A stretch of DNA of 60,547 bases, filler included, from Platydemus manokwari (taxonomy: Eukaryota), in NCBI GenBank assembly GCA_037951405.1. It is 6 parts of 6 records of this genome, joined end to end, with 100 filler letters (N's around TTAATTAATTAA, not from the genome) between each part and the next. Parts side by side here need not be neighbours in the genome. Positions count along the whole stretch, not along the records: positions 11,567 to 22,363 come from JBBMOY011104776.1; positions 22,464 to 31,750 come from JBBMOY011271762.1; 4 more parts are not named here. One strand, given 5' to 3'. The translations under genes were made by a program, and so were the position numbers. Below the pieces are notes generated by a model, which worked only from the letters and a program-made list of their open reading frames with translations, had not been told where the DNA came from and did no database searches. Shown here in pieces: positions 12,769-27,800 of this stretch. Each line of letters starts with the position of its first letter. The stretch's first letter is position 1.

Positions 12769-15237
12769 CTCTAATATTGTTTTATCTCTTCTCCAGGAGG
12801 ATACGAGAATGTGATTCTGTTCAGGGTCGATGTCCACAGCATCAGAACCACAAACATGAGGTCCATAGTACTGCCTAGAAACATTTAAAGTTAATAAAGA
12901 ATTACTGTTGACACTCATTGCTGAACGTCATCCATAAGTTATCACAGTTAATATCAATTAAGCTTTTAAAGAAGTCAAATTGTTATTACAGTCGTCAAGT
13001 GAGTACAATTCGAGCTACAAGAAATAATTTTCTTACCAAAGCGATCGTGAATGGCGATCGTCCCATATCTGGATACTATCGTCCCAGCCTGCCGATATGA
13101 ATATATGGGAATACAACTCTTCTTGTTCTCCTCGTGGATGATATTGGATGGCACAGATTCTCATAACGTGCCCATCCATTTTATCGGATGAATTACTGAA
13201 CGGTAAAATGATTATTGATTTCAAATTATTACATTTTCTCAACAAATGATTCGAAATTATTTAGTTAAAACAGCAAAAATGTTTTCATGGCATAAACTCT
13301 TTCAGTTTATTGCTTTACACAGTATATCATATAAGCTGGCTGGAGACAAAAAATAAACGAAATTCATTGTAGATATTCAGTCAGTGGTTTAATTCTTTAT
13401 CATAACAACAGCAACTGTCAGAGCAAACAAAATCTCTACATGATCATAAAGTTGTCAATTAAATACATCGGGTATTTGTGTAGTGCTGATTTCAAGTCAT
13501 CAAGATGGCATATTGGCTACCATATTTATTAAGACGAAGCTCACGCGTATCCCATATCAATAAAACTTCACTTTTTATAGATTATTTACCCTTGAAGAAA
13601 AATATGTTTCTCACATCATTATTAGCTTTCAAGATTGCACCTGCTCGTGTTAAGAGATCATAATCACTGATCCATGAAATGTAAAATTTATTATTATTAT
13701 TGATCAACACAGAACGTAAAGTGCAGAATTATGAATTATGTTTATGAAAAATTGATATATCACGGTTGGTTCAAGTCAGAGTAACGATATTGAACCAGTT
13801 TTCATTCATCTAATTGATTTGACAAAAGCGTTTCAATGTCATCATTATTGGATCAGGAATCGATAGAGAAATAATCGAAATAACTAACAATCAAAATCGT
13901 TTTGTAGACAATGGCATAACAATAGCCATTGACAACCGGTATATTCAAAACAATTAAGTAAAATCTGTGAAATCTCAGCACTGTCAAATGGTATTCGAAA
14001 CTATTTCATCACATCGATTCAACTAATCAAATCAGGTGATTTATTTCGTTCAATTTCTCACCAATCAGAATGAATAACACATATGTAGTTTATAAAACGA
14101 TTATCTAAACCTTTAAGGTTTCTTCTCGCTTATATTGGATTAAGTAATCGATTTTTTAGACCACATTGAGAACGTGATAAAAGTTAAAAATATTTCAAAT
14201 CCAAATCTGATGATGAAAATCAATAACGAAAGCCAGAACTAACTTGAAGATAATAGGAAAACTTATCATGGCAAATCAATGAAAACATCAATATTAAGGA
14301 AAAAACATGGCTCGAATAATAATGATGTGGACTGGTTTGTTACAGTTGAATAATCTCACCAGTTATCGTGGTGGGATCGATAAATAATTAATCAATATCA
14401 TGAAGATAAAAATCGATAGATTGATTGGTTTCGAATAATTATGCTACCAATGACAACAATTTCTTTCCAAAAATTCAAAAAATTAAACAAATCAATCTCA
14501 AAACAGGCTTAAAAGTTCTCGAACCCACGGTATTTTATTAAAATATATAATAGCATATGTAATAGATCTGTACAATGAATTGTCTGGACGAGTTTGTTAT
14601 CAAGAATAATTTGTCATTTTGGATTTCAATCTTTTGTCAAAACTAATCTATCTATCACTGATCGAACTGATTGATCGAACAGGCTACGAAATGAGTATTC
14701 GAATTACTTTGTACGATTATCAAAATGCTCCAATCCTCTATACGTTCTTAACATTGAAATATTTGTTATTCATAATTGGTAGACTCATTGATAAAAATCA
14801 ATATTTTACTTTTCTAACCACTGGTTCGAGACAATAAGGCTTATTAATTATTGAATTTATATTGATTAATTTGAATGGTAAATTATGGAAATTTTCGTTG
14901 AGCCAATAAAGGTCCATGGAATCCCAAATTGTCACACAACGTTATTTCATTGAAACCTTGCGAATCAGCTATTATTCGATTACGAAAACGTCAGAGAGCA
15001 TTTTTAGATTTCTATCTACATTCAGTACATCAAATGATAATTTTTCTGTAACCAACTGAACACCATAATCCATTGATATTTTAAGATAATCAAACAACAT
15101 CGGTAAATGTGAAATAATTGACTACTATCTAATAGAAAGTAATTTTTCATAAGAGGTCAATCGATATTCAATCAAGTCGGTATTATAAGGAGAATAATTA
15201 TTCAATAGAAAATCAATAACGTTATAAAAATATAATA

Positions 15238-15271
<34 letters not shown>

Positions 15272-18200
15272 CGAATGATTGTCCAATGAAAGTATATCAA
15301 AGAGATAATTGAAAGGTATCAATAATATTAGATAATTATTCGATGATCGAGTTTCAGAAATTTCCATAATGGTGTCTTGAATCGTGGAGAATGCGTATTG
15401 AGATTTTATTTAATGAAGATGCATTTTCTTTGAATTAATTCTAAATTGATAATCAATCAATACACATCTTTCTCTCTGCCAGCGAGACAATAGCATTATA
15501 GACACCTACACATTCGTTATAGCAGATCTCTGAAAGTCTGTGTGTATGTGTGTCAGTGTGTATGTATCAGTATGTGCAGAGATTTGTCAACATAGAAGGT
15601 TCAGTCAATGATTCCAGACAATTGTCATATCGATTACATAATAAAAAAAATCAAAGATATCGGTTACATGATTAGATCAAAATTGAAATCAATACATCAA
15701 AGCATTCATGCGCCAAGAGTCTGTAGTAACGGTAGTTAAAGTGACTTCAATCAAAATTTATTGTTTATTATTCTTTGATTTTCTAAGAACAGGCGAGTTA
15801 AATTCAATACCATTATTTCACCATCGACCATATCAATAAAACAAAAGAAAAATAACAATAAATTAATAACTCACGTCGAGAAGCATCTCCCGATTTCCTT
15901 TTTCAAAACTAAATCATAGACTCTAATAACGGAATCTTCGCCACCTGTCACACACCGACCTCCATCATAGGACACAGAGCAAGCCATTATTTGATTATTT
16001 TGTTTGACATATGTCCTTCCTTCTTTATTGGCTATGGATTTTCTGGGCTCATTTGGGCGTAAAATTTTCTCCTCTAAGAACGAGGCTACCAGTCTCGATT
16101 TTGGAGTAGCACCGGTATAATGCCAAATTTTCATATGACCGCTCGTATCTGTAGATGGAATCAAAAATTATATTACAAAGGTGATGTGAAATCATATATT
16201 GATTAATGAGTTTTCATTACGTGAGGTGGGATAATTGAGATGATTAATAGAAAACACACATGGTGACAATATTAATTGACTTAGAATGACAATCTATCAA
16301 TTATGATGATAGCTTTGTCACCGACGCACCGACACGTGAATGCAATGCTTTGATTAATGCGCTCTGAATGATGAAACCATTATATTCAAGATTTTTCTTT
16401 TATGTTTTGATTTATTTTCTCCATTTTAACAGGCATTTTTGTTCATTTTTAGATTTGACGATATTTTAATTTATTTTCTTAACAAAGTTATGTGAGTATC
16501 GATTTTTGACAAATCACTGCTTCATCATAGACAAGAAAGATACATATCGGCACGTATCGAAACATAAATGTTATCAGTTGAAACCTAAATTTTGAAGGTA
16601 CTATTGGGTGGAATTAACATATCATCAAAGGACACCACTGGTTATAGCATCATTCTTGTTTTCTTTTTAACTATTGTTGTCCATGAGAACTCAAATTATT
16701 CTTTTTTGAAGCTGATTTATAAAAAATGAGTAAGACTTGTTAAGTAAGACTCGCTTATTATGTAATTTACAATGGTAACAGGAAGTCTATCAACAGGCCT
16801 ACCAGTTTCGAGGTTCTTTCTATTTTGTCGACCAGTCGATTCGACGATCTTATAATGCAGTAATTTATGAAGCCAAAGAATTTATGACAGGGTTCTTAAT
16901 AACTTGTTTGATCCAGATCACTGTATTGATCACAAAAGATTGGGAATCAACAATGAAGCTTCCATAGAAACAAATAGACCAATAACGATAAGTTACACAA
17001 ATCGTTCATTTTGAAAAATAAATTACCAAATGCAAGTCCGCCAAGATTTGTGATCGATTTTATAAAGGTGTATTGATTCAAAACGGAAAATGTCAATCTT
17101 TTATTCAAAATCGCAACTATTTGTAAAGAAAACTTGGCATAGAATGAACCAGCATTTAATTAACTCAATTCCGGTGCTCAATGGTGTCAGTCAGTCGTGA
17201 TAAACAAATGTGAATTGAGCAATTTGATGCACTAATTATTTCTAATTTCATATCGGCAAATGGCATTCTTTAATAGATTTATTGACGAGCATCCATAACT
17301 ATAAATGACAGATTCGACACGTCAAGCTTTGTCACACGATTCACCAATCTTTATTAGAGTATCTCATGAGAAGTCAGATTCGAAACCAACTCGTTTCATC
17401 ATACATAATTAATCAGCCTTCAATATGGGTTGTGGTGGTGTTGAATAATATTATAACATTATCTCGTATTGATGAGATCCATGATTGCACGAGACCCACC
17501 ATTGTGATTTGTTTCGGTTTGCTCGTTCGCTGGACTGTTATGAGTCGCCCATGATAATTTAAGCGGGATCACTGATAAATAATCGATCAGATATATCAAA
17601 TTACATCAACAAGTATTTGCAAAGCCTTACCAAAATATTAGGCTATTCTGCAATACACCGTGCTATCATAGCACATTTTTTCACAATGCATGCATTTCCC
17701 CAAAATAAAATCTTCGCTCAAAATTGCTTCTGATTGGTCGGTTATCGTATCTGCACGACTGCATAGGTATGTCTGTGGATAGAAAATCAAACTTGGATTC
17801 TACTGTTCCAAGTGCCGGTATTTCCATGGAAATATTCCATACTCAAAAATACACTTCATATATACCGCTTCTTCAAGCTAATCGCAATGTCATACTGCGA
17901 AGCAAATAATATTGATTTATATGGTTGAAAACCTGATGATGGTAAATGAGTAAAAATTCAGAGGCAATAAACATTTAATCGATAAAAATACTTCGATTTT
18001 TTATTCATTGAAGCAGTGTGTTACAATTTATTGATTTCTCATAAACAGATTTTAATAATTAGTTAGTCTATTTGCACAATATAGTTTTGTTACTAATATT
18101 ATATTGATTTTCTATTTATAAGAAACTGGATAGTAATGGTGAAGTTGTAATTGTATAAAAATATCTGATTCTCACATTTCATCAGTTCTGTTATGGTTTA

Positions 18201-19393
18201 TCCAAAAAATGTGAGTATCGATATCATTTCATCGATCAGAGATTTGATGTGAAATTTCTGTGATTTTAAAAAATATTTGAATTCTGCTGGTGCTTCTGAT
18301 CATTAAGAGCGTTCATATGAAATTGGAATGTTTGGAACATTAACGATAACAACATATATGAAAACATTAATGATAAATGTATCCAATGGTTACACACAAC
18401 TAATCAGATACATTAACAGAAAAACTGGTGTAAAGATAAAACAATCAATGATATAAGTTATTGGAAGTCGATAAAAATGATTTTGATCTCTACGAGTGCT
18501 TGAATGATCGTCGACATTAGGTAGATATCGAGTCAAAGCTGTTAATATTAAAATTAAAGGACGTCTTCAACCAGGGAAAGAATCGTCATTGAATTATCAC
18601 AGTAATTGACGAAAACACAGAAAATTTTATCTTTTTCCTTCACAGTAAAAATAGAACAAACTTTTAATATGATTGGAAATAAAAATGAAAAGATTAGAAG
18701 TGTATTGGTTTGATAATTGTTTCCAGATATAATTATAAACACCCGTTTGTTTCGTATTGATTCATTCTAATGTTTTTCGTCCAATCGAATCGACTAAGCT
18801 TATTATGAAGTAATGGGCGTGCATATAATGTGTGTGTAGACATCGACAATCCTCATTCATAAAATGTATTTCAAGGTTATTTACGATAACACATCAATAA
18901 AAATATTGAATATATATGTAATTATAAATATCAATAAGCACTTACACGTCGCCACGAGCAAATGTTTCTTTTCTGAAGGCATGAAGTCCTTATATGGCAC
19001 GAATTGGAGATCCGTGCAAGACAATGTATCGGCATCAGGAGGAGGCAAATTGTAGACTAGTTTCACTTTGTCTCCGGAAAACGTGTACATCTGGAATAAG
19101 TCAGCTTATTAATTCACAAATCAGTCCAATCAAAACCTTTATAAAACCGGAATCTAGACCAACAGCAAAACATTGCTTGTCTAAAGAAATTCGCGTTACA
19201 AGAGGATGCTCTTCTCCGAGTGGACTATTTATCAAAGGAGTATCAATGAATTCATGATAATTGGCAAATCTTACATTTCAGTTATGAGATTAATGATGCC
19301 GGTGTAAATCGGATTTATTGACTTGTTTGGCCAACCTTCACTTTCAGCAGATGCATTAATTTGATTATCGTTTTTCTCGTATCGGGAACTCAT
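12769..19393 (-). CDS. WD40-repeat protein, 5' part (exons 19393-19275, 19224-19137, 19090-18946, 16148-15875, 13195-13037, 12874-12769); 3' exons not seen
   Basis: All six exons join in phase at GT-AG sites: MSSRYEK...FAVGLDSGFIK|MYTF...LLVATY|TSGHMKIWHY...CVTGGEDSVIRVYDL...|GHVMRICAIQYHP...FISAGWDDSIQIWD...W|QYYGPHVCGSDAVDID...ILVSSWRR. Typical WD40 GH..WD repeats. Confidence 0.88.
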
Positions 19394-19682
19394 TTTTATA
19401 ACCGCAAATCCTTTGATAAATCAATAAAATTTAGACAATGAAATTACAATTTTATGCAATTTTCAATTGGATATTAGCGGCCCTAACATTTAATTTGGTT
19501 CATTATAACAACGGCCTGCTTCGAGTAACTTTGTTAATTGATTTGTTTCACTATAAATTTTTTAGTTAATTAATAAAAGAAATTTATCGATTATTTTCAT
19601 CTTAAAATTTTAAACTTTTTAAAATTCTTTCATGAAGTATCACTAAGATAAAATATTGATTAATGAGATAAACAGATATCTC

Positions 19683-20763
19683 GGCCTAAGTTAAGAAAAA
19701 GGGTTCTTTGACACAATTTTAATGTAATATATTTTCGTTCATAATTTAATATAAAAATTCATATTTAATGAAACTTCTGCTTAAAATTCAATTTTAGATG
19801 AGAACGGAAAAAATAACTCTAACAGCCCTCACATATTATGGATCATGGTTTCACAAGCGTACAATTAATTAAGTGTCATTTTAAATATAAATTTTCTACT
19901 TAACTTTTATTGATTGCTTTTAGAGTCGATGCGCATCGGGTGCAGTCTAGAAATAGGAAGCAATTCTTTCTTACTAGATCTCTCCAGTATTTCAAAAGCT
20001 CAAATACAAAGCTCAAAATACAAAATAGGCCTCCTTAATTTCTACGATGATATTTCGGCCCACAATTATTTTTATATGTCAAGCGGTTTATTCATGGGTG
20101 TGGAATCCACAATTATTGTACTTAAATAAATAACTTTAAATTCTTAGTTCAATTTTAATTAAAATTGTTAAAATGTGTCCATTGTTGGTTTGGTTATTGG
20201 TAATTTGGCAATACACTTTTTGTGTGAGCCCGTGCACCAAAAATATCTTATTCAGAATATCGAAAATGGACAGGATCGAATTGTTGAAACACGTCCTTAT
20301 TCGAATTCCGAAACTTTTTATATATTTGTGGCATCTTCACCTGTACGATTTATTTCATTACAGTATCGACAGGTCTAGTGATCTATGTATTCAATCTATT
20401 AAATAGATATTAATATACTTATTTTGATTTAAAGCACAAGTACCTAGTTCCTGGCAATCCTCAATGATTTCCAAGTCACATTTTTATAAAATAACTTTAA
20501 AAATCTTAGATATCATTTCATTTGCTTCTAATGTTAAAAGAGGTCCTCGCTAATTTTCAATTAATTGCATTTTAAACTACTTTGACCCGTTTTTCAAATA
20601 ATTAATTTTTAGGAGATTTTAAAATTCTTGTGCATGTATTATTTGATTCTAAATAACTAAAATTCTTCTCAAGTACTTAAATAAAAAATTCAAAATGTTA
20701 TTAAAGAATTTAATTAAATAAACTATATAGATTTTTGCAATACCCTTTTTTTAACTTTAGCCC
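19683..20763 (-). mobile_element. Degenerate Merlin (IS1016/ISXO2-like) DNA transposon, copy 1
   Basis: Imperfect TIRs ggcctaagttaagaaaaagggt / accc..tttttaactttagccc. The internal sequence aligns in reverse with 55400-56359 and includes decayed RCH...FGIR..T.FNNS and IIVEIKEAYF (VEIDE motif). Confidence 0.75.
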
Positions 20764-22363
20764 AAGTTTTTAATGTTTTAAAGATCGTTTTGATAATAAA
20801 TTTAAACGTGAATATCATTTCAAACTCATCATTTTCTCATAATTTTGTGGCTGTAATTTTAAATTATTACACAGCTTGCTCTTTAACTTAACAGACTATC
20901 ATTTAATTACACATTAAAATTCATTTCATTTTTTATTTTTCTTGTTTATACTAACTTGTTCCATAAATATATGATAAATTCGTGAAATTAAATCGAATAA
21001 TTTCGTTAAAAAATGAAATTTATAAGACGTTAACGAAACGAAAAATTCCTCAACTTGTCAAAACGTCCATGAATAATAAATCGACTTGAAAATATGATTA
21101 AGAAAAGAAATAGCAATATCATGGCAAATGAAAAAATGATTCACATATATTTGTATTCACTAATAAATGTTGACGAAATGATATTTGAAATGATTCTTAC
21201 ATTTTTTTTTAATTCAAACTGAAGTATAAATAAATAATTTTTTCAAGAATTGTCTTTTGTTGCTTTCGGAAATATACATATTCTTTATTTGCTTTATAAA
21301 TAACGTTTACAGTTAATAAATATGAAGATAGAATCAAATGAATTAATTAATTAATTTGTCAAAAATGGGAAATCGCGTCTACATCATATTAATTTGTAGA
21401 AATATTTGATTAGAATCTTAATCCATTTATTAATACATTGGATCTGTGTGGAAAGATTCGGTGTTGTTGACTATGCCAAATCTATTTGAAATTGTCATTT
21501 CTTTATATCTGTAATCGTTTCTTTAGATTTTTCTCGGGTGATGAAATAGATAATCATCGATTTGATGACATTGAGAAATAATATAATAATAAAATTCTTT
21601 TTTATTATTATATGCAGGATATTAATTAATTTTACCCCATTAGTCGGCTGCATTGTAAATATACTATCATATTATTGAAACATCGTGCTTGGTGAATAAA
21701 GGTTGCTGATTTGACAATTTCAATTCCAACTGGTAGTCCACCGATAGACTGACAAGGAATTCTATCTGATCAACAGAATCAAATAAAACATCAAATCCCT
21801 CGTTATTTATAATTCGATTATTGATAACTCCAAACTCACAATAATTTACTCAAGTTCAATACTCCATCAGCACCATTTGTACTTCCATCCCTTATTTGCA
21901 GGAATATACCCAAAATTGAAAAATTCTGGCCAAATGCTTTTTGAAAATGTTACTACTCAATGTATTCGAGAAATCAGTTATCGTGAAGAATCATTATCAT
22001 TTTCCGATATTGAATTTATTATTATGCAGATTATTGAAAACGTTCCTGGTGAAATTAACCCTAACAATATCGAGAGTTTTCATAAAATATGTTTGTATCT
22101 CAGAATTTATATTTTGAATTATCATATAATTAACTGGAACTTTCCTTCAATTTTTCAAATAATAAAACTACTAATCTCACTCCTTGGCAATAGATGAAAG
22201 CATCAATTTGTCCCAGACAAATTGACTGCCCTAATGATATGAAAAATGCAACAACATCAAATTTGCATATAATTGCCGAATAATGATATCCAGGGATGAT
22301 GAGTAAAAAAGATCAATACTATTTATAATAGAGTACTTTTGTAGAAATTTACAGAAATTATAA

Positions 22364-22463
22364 NNNNNNNNNNNNNNNNNNNNNNNNNNNNNNNNNNNNN
22401 NNNNNNNTTAATTAATTAANNNNNNNNNNNNNNNNNNNNNNNNNNNNNNNNNNNNNNNNNNNN
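22364..22463. other. Artificial contig linker N44-TTAATTAATTAA-N44
   Basis: Same 100-nt spacer. Confidence 0.97.
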
Positions 22464-22746
22464 GGTTACCAAAATTTAGAAAACAAAATACACAGAATAT
22501 ATAAATAATTGTTGAAAAATTACGTTTTTATTTCTGAAATAACTTGAAAATTGTTTACATTTCTTATTTATTAACATATTTAAAATAGTGATAAACAAAA
22601 TAACCATTTATAATGAAATAAAATTAGAAGTCAGGTGACGATAAATATAATTGTTGTGATTAGGCACTTGGAATTATTATAATCTCGCAAGAGAAATAGG
22701 ACAAATACTGTATTATAATTATTACTAGTATTATTATTATTACTAG

Positions 22747-22880
22747 NNNNNNNNNNNNNNNNNNNNNNNNNNNNNNNNNNNNNNNNNNNNNNNNNNNNNN
22801 NNNNNNNNNNNNNNNNNNNNNNNNNNNNNNNNNNNNNNNNNNNNNNNNNNNNNNNNNNNNNNNNNNNNNNNNNNNNNNNN
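22747..22880. other. Ordinary scaffold gap (Ns, no spacer)
   Basis: N-run next to an (ATT/ACT)n tract. Confidence 0.9.
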
Positions 22881-23067
22881 CATCAGTTAGAGAGATGAAA
22901 TATTAATATTGAATAAGATTTATAAAACTAAATTGAAGGTAAATAATTAATTAATAAAAATTCATTTAAAATAGATAAATCATCGTAAAAAGTGTTAACA
23001 AAACAGCGATAAATGCAATCAAAGTTTTTCCAATGAAATTCTCTCAATTCCAATTCGATTGATATAA

Positions 23068-24821
23068 TTACTCCACAGATCCCAAATCATTATCTCTGTA
23101 TAATCGAATCCAATTGTTCATACCAAATGGTGATTGATAATTCAAATTGAGAAAAGTGAACACTTTTTCTGGTAAATTCAGATTGCATAATAAAATCAGT
23201 CCATCGGATTTTTTCAAATTTTTATCCGAATCTTTATTTCGATTAAAACCATTCTCGTTGTGATACAACATTTTGATATTCAAATTCGTCTGACTAAATG
23301 TCGGTACACCAACAAATATTGCACTTTTCCATGGGAAACAACTGATTTTAGGGGGGTTAATACATAACAAATGTGATTTTTGGTTCGAGCACCAATATTG
23401 TAGAAAGTCACTCGGGCTATTATGACTGGAATCGGATTCCAATCCAGAAATGATAAAATCAACGGATTTATTGTGTAAATCTAGAAACGGGTGAAAATGA
23501 ATTAAATTTGATAATAATTCAATCGAATCCATAAATAATGCATCATTTTTTTCAAATAGTGATTTTGAAACTAATATGTAATGCAAACAGATACACATTC
23601 GACGAGCAAATGATAAATGAAGTTGAGTTAATCAGATATATAACAATGGGTTAGATCCCAACAGTGAATGAATTATGAATGATATCGAATATTGGTGAGT
23701 AGAAAGGATTGGCGAAAATAGGCCAATATGTTGAGAACTGCTCATAGCCGTTTTGAAATTTATTTTTAAAAATTGACATCGTTACTACCTGCTCTACAAT
23801 CATGGCTAAGCACCCAAAAATAATAATTTTTCAAATCTTATTACATCATAGCAAAGAGATAAACAACATTAATTAACGTAATAAATACTTACATCTGAAT
23901 CAATAGATTATCAAATACTTTTCAGCTTTAAGTTAATAAAATTACAAAATATAGTTAATGTATTATGCAATCAATTAATTAACTATTTTTACAATTTTAC
24001 TTGTCTATCTAAATAATATTTATTGATTTCCATTTTGATTCCATATTATGTCATGAAATATATATGAAGCTCTTTAGAAACGGCTTGAAAATAATGCACA
24101 TGCTTTGTAAAAAGTAGAAAATATTTCGGGATTTTCAAAAAATGTGTTTCGAAAAATTGTTATAAAAGCTGCTTGTTGAAAGAAAATGAGATCTGAATTT
24201 AATCAGATATTCATTCATAGCTCTTTCCCAATCATTTTGTGTGAAGATATTCTTTAGGGACCTTTTGAGCTCAGTGCTTCTGCGTATCCACTGAGTCTCA
24301 AAACTTTGTTTTAATCAAATCTTATTTTTAAAAGCCACCAATATTGTATGTTTAATGAAAATAAATCATATTAATATCATGTTAAATTGAAATAAAATAT
24401 GCTTTAAGTGATTTAATTAATCATATTTTAATTGATCGTGTGACCAGTTTTGATATACCATTGATAACGTGTAACTTTTTATGAATTTTCAATATAATAT
24501 TTTGATGAATAATTATTAACATATTAATAATAATAATAATAATAAATACCTTTATTGTTATATGAGATAAAATTGAATCCATGTTTTTTATCGTGATTTG
24601 ATAACATATTATTGAGAACTTTTATCTCATAATCGATGCTATAATTGATATCTGAGACTTGTTTTTCATCAATGAACACGAGTATTTGACAGCCTTTTTT
24701 GAGCAAATATTTAGAAACTGATACAGCATAAACGGAAGCATTGCATTTGCCTAATAAGATGACAATCTTTGGAACACGATTGGAATTTGATTCATTGAAT
24801 CTAAAATGTATAATAAACAGA

Positions 24822-24880
<59 letters not shown>

Positions 24881-27800
24881 GTAATAATAATAATAAGAAG
24901 AATAAGAATATCACATTCAATAATCTGTATTGTTTTAATAAACAGTTATAAATTATAGAAAACAATGATCATCGGTGATATTTTTGTTTAAATCATTAGA
25001 AAATATTGATCAATTATCATAAAAAACATAAAATCTCTCCACCCAACATTGTTGTTTGAAATATTTTTTTAATCATTTATAAAATGCCATTTATTAAAAT
25101 GAGTTCCACTTTATTATTTCATGTAAATTATAAATATTAATTATAAAATATACACATTTTTAAGAGATTAACCGTTTTGAATTCTCATTTGAGAAATAAA
25201 ATTTAATGAAAAGTCCAACCTTGAATTTCGTCTGATTTGTGAGAGAACAAAATTAGAAATATTTTCACCAATTGTCTCACCAATAAGCTTGCTATCATGA
25301 CCGAGCTGACATGCAGTTTCTAATAATAAATTGCGCTGTTTCACTGTAAAAACCGGAAACACGCAATCATTATCTAAATTCCAGAATTCTTGAAATGTAT
25401 GAAAATCTTCAGTGTTACAGTTGATTGAAATGGCTGATTGGAGAGGATAGCGCAAAACCCCATTAATCAATTGATTCTGAGTGATTTCACGAACTAAATC
25501 TATAAATATCATGGAATGATTGTTCAAAAGTGCACAGTTGATAAATAGAAAAATAATCACAAAAATTATTTATAATTGACGGATAAAATTGAAAAATCAA
25601 TAATTATAATTTTTAGTTTGTTAAATATTTATTCGATACACTTCATATTAAAATTAAACATCACAATATAGGTATATATATATATATATTGAAAAATAAT
25701 TCATATTATAATAAACAAATGAGAATTTAAGCATAAATATGGAGAGAACCGCTGTCTATTTCAAAACCACTGTGAATAATTATCAGTTCCATCAACAATG
25801 AATAATTTAGATCGTTTTAAATTTATAAATATTAATATTATAATTGATAAACTCGTTTTATTATTATTTTATCGGTATTAAATGTCTAATAATAATGAAC
25901 AATCAAAATCAATCTATATTACAAAATATCCAGCCAACTTTTAATAATGAAATATAATAAATATATGCATATATTTATGATTTTGTTAATAATTGACTTA
26001 ATCGTTTTATATAAATACAACGACTGGTGCCAAAAACAAACCCTTGGTCAATATCTTGAGAAGTGACACTTGATTGACAACAAATGAAGAATGAATCGAT
26101 TTCTAATTATATTTGTTAATATTAAAATAATAAATAATTGAGGAATGGCATTGATAGATGAAACATGTTAATTATTTGTATCATTTACCATGGTATCATA
26201 AATAGTAAACAAATAAATATAGTTAGTATTTATATAATTATATCATTATACACATATTAAAAACTATAATTGTTGATAAATAAAATCATAAATAAAACAA
26301 TCAATTAAAAATATTTATCCAAAATCGTATCTAATCGTATCAAATTGTAATATTTGATTTGCATTAACAATATCCTTCTCTTTAACAATTGTTCGTTTTT
26401 TCATGATTTTAGTCGGCTGAGAAATACATTTGTTTCATATGGAATGCAGGATTTTGTTACTCCAAATTCATTATTTTTAATCGATATTATTTAATAATTC
26501 CATCACAGGAATTAAATGAAAAATGTTTTATTTGAAAAAAATTTATCTCTGATTAGTTTAAGGATTTTTATTTCAGCTAATAGTAAATTCCAACATAAAT
26601 CTTTATAAATTCGTTAATACTTGATTATAACGAAAAAGCTACTTATTGCTAATTAACAGCACATAAACATAGAAATATCAAATATTAATTGATAATCATA
26701 ACACAATTATGTAAATAAACAAATTTAATTTATTAATGCGTACCAGGATAATAGTGCTCAACGATGCGTGACGAAAATAACTTTGAAATAAAATTTCTAA
26801 ATAATAACTAAAATCTGTTAACATTTTTGCAATGGTAAATCCGATTTGTACTTTCTAACATCGAGTTATGATGACAACAATTAATTGTTACTTATTCACG
26901 AATGCTAACCTTCAGGAATTATTACATATAACTAAAATTTACCATTCACTAATAAAAGAAATATATAAATATAATTTTATTTATCCAATAATCATTTACT
27001 AAGAAATCCAAGTATTTAAATAGACAAATTTCAATTGAATAAACCATTTACAATTCATCAAAACAATTTTGTTCAGCGATGCATAACAATGACAATGACA
27101 ATAATCCAGGTGTGAAAATATTAGACTAATCAAACAATAATGAGCTATTATTTATGTCATGGAAACTAGACCATGATGGAAACAATTTACCACCTTAAAC
27201 CTCGATACAATACTATTATTGTTGAATCACACGTATTAGTTAATATAACAGTTTGTCAGTAACTATTAATCAATATTAACATAAATCTGTAAAGTCCATT
27301 TAAATAGAATTATTAAATAAATGAAATCCAATTCAATCAGAATTTGAATGAAAAATGAATGAATTAGGATAATGATAAACAAATGTTCACTGATGCGTGA
27401 CGAAAATAATATCTGCTCAAAAACCCATGAAATCTTTCGATAGTAAGACATCAGTAGAAACTGTATTTAATATAAATTGTTATGAAAATAATATAACAAA
27501 TTTAAATTGTTTATAGGGATTCATATTTCATAAATTATACTACTTATAAATTACACTGCTTGTCAGTAGATAACGATATTATAAAGTAAAGTAAAAATAC
27601 TCGAGAAATATATTCACAATATACCTGGTTGTTGGGATAATCTCGTTGGTAAATTATATAAAAACGGTCGTCTGCTGTCTTCTGGGAAGGATTTTTCTTT
27701 TTCCATACATTCCAAAGACGACGACGGAATGATGCCTATGTGTTTGAACTCACTGAGAATATCACGCTTGGTTTCCGAAAAGCCGTTGTAAAAAAAGTTC

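Noticed and set aside
13395-13530. CQSKQNLYMIIKLSIKYIG as a GIY-YIG remnant in a WD40 intron
   Set aside because: Short match with no downstream Arg/Glu motifs or neighbouring RT; may be chance.
18864-20406. Plus-strand ORFs at 18864, 18994, 19914, 20173 and 20175
   Set aside because: Antisense to WD40 exons or to the Merlin remnant.
26763-27410. 18-nt direct repeat GATGCGTGACGAAAATAA occurring twice in an EDC3 intron
   Set aside because: Only two copies and no associated structure; probably fragments of a dispersed repeat.
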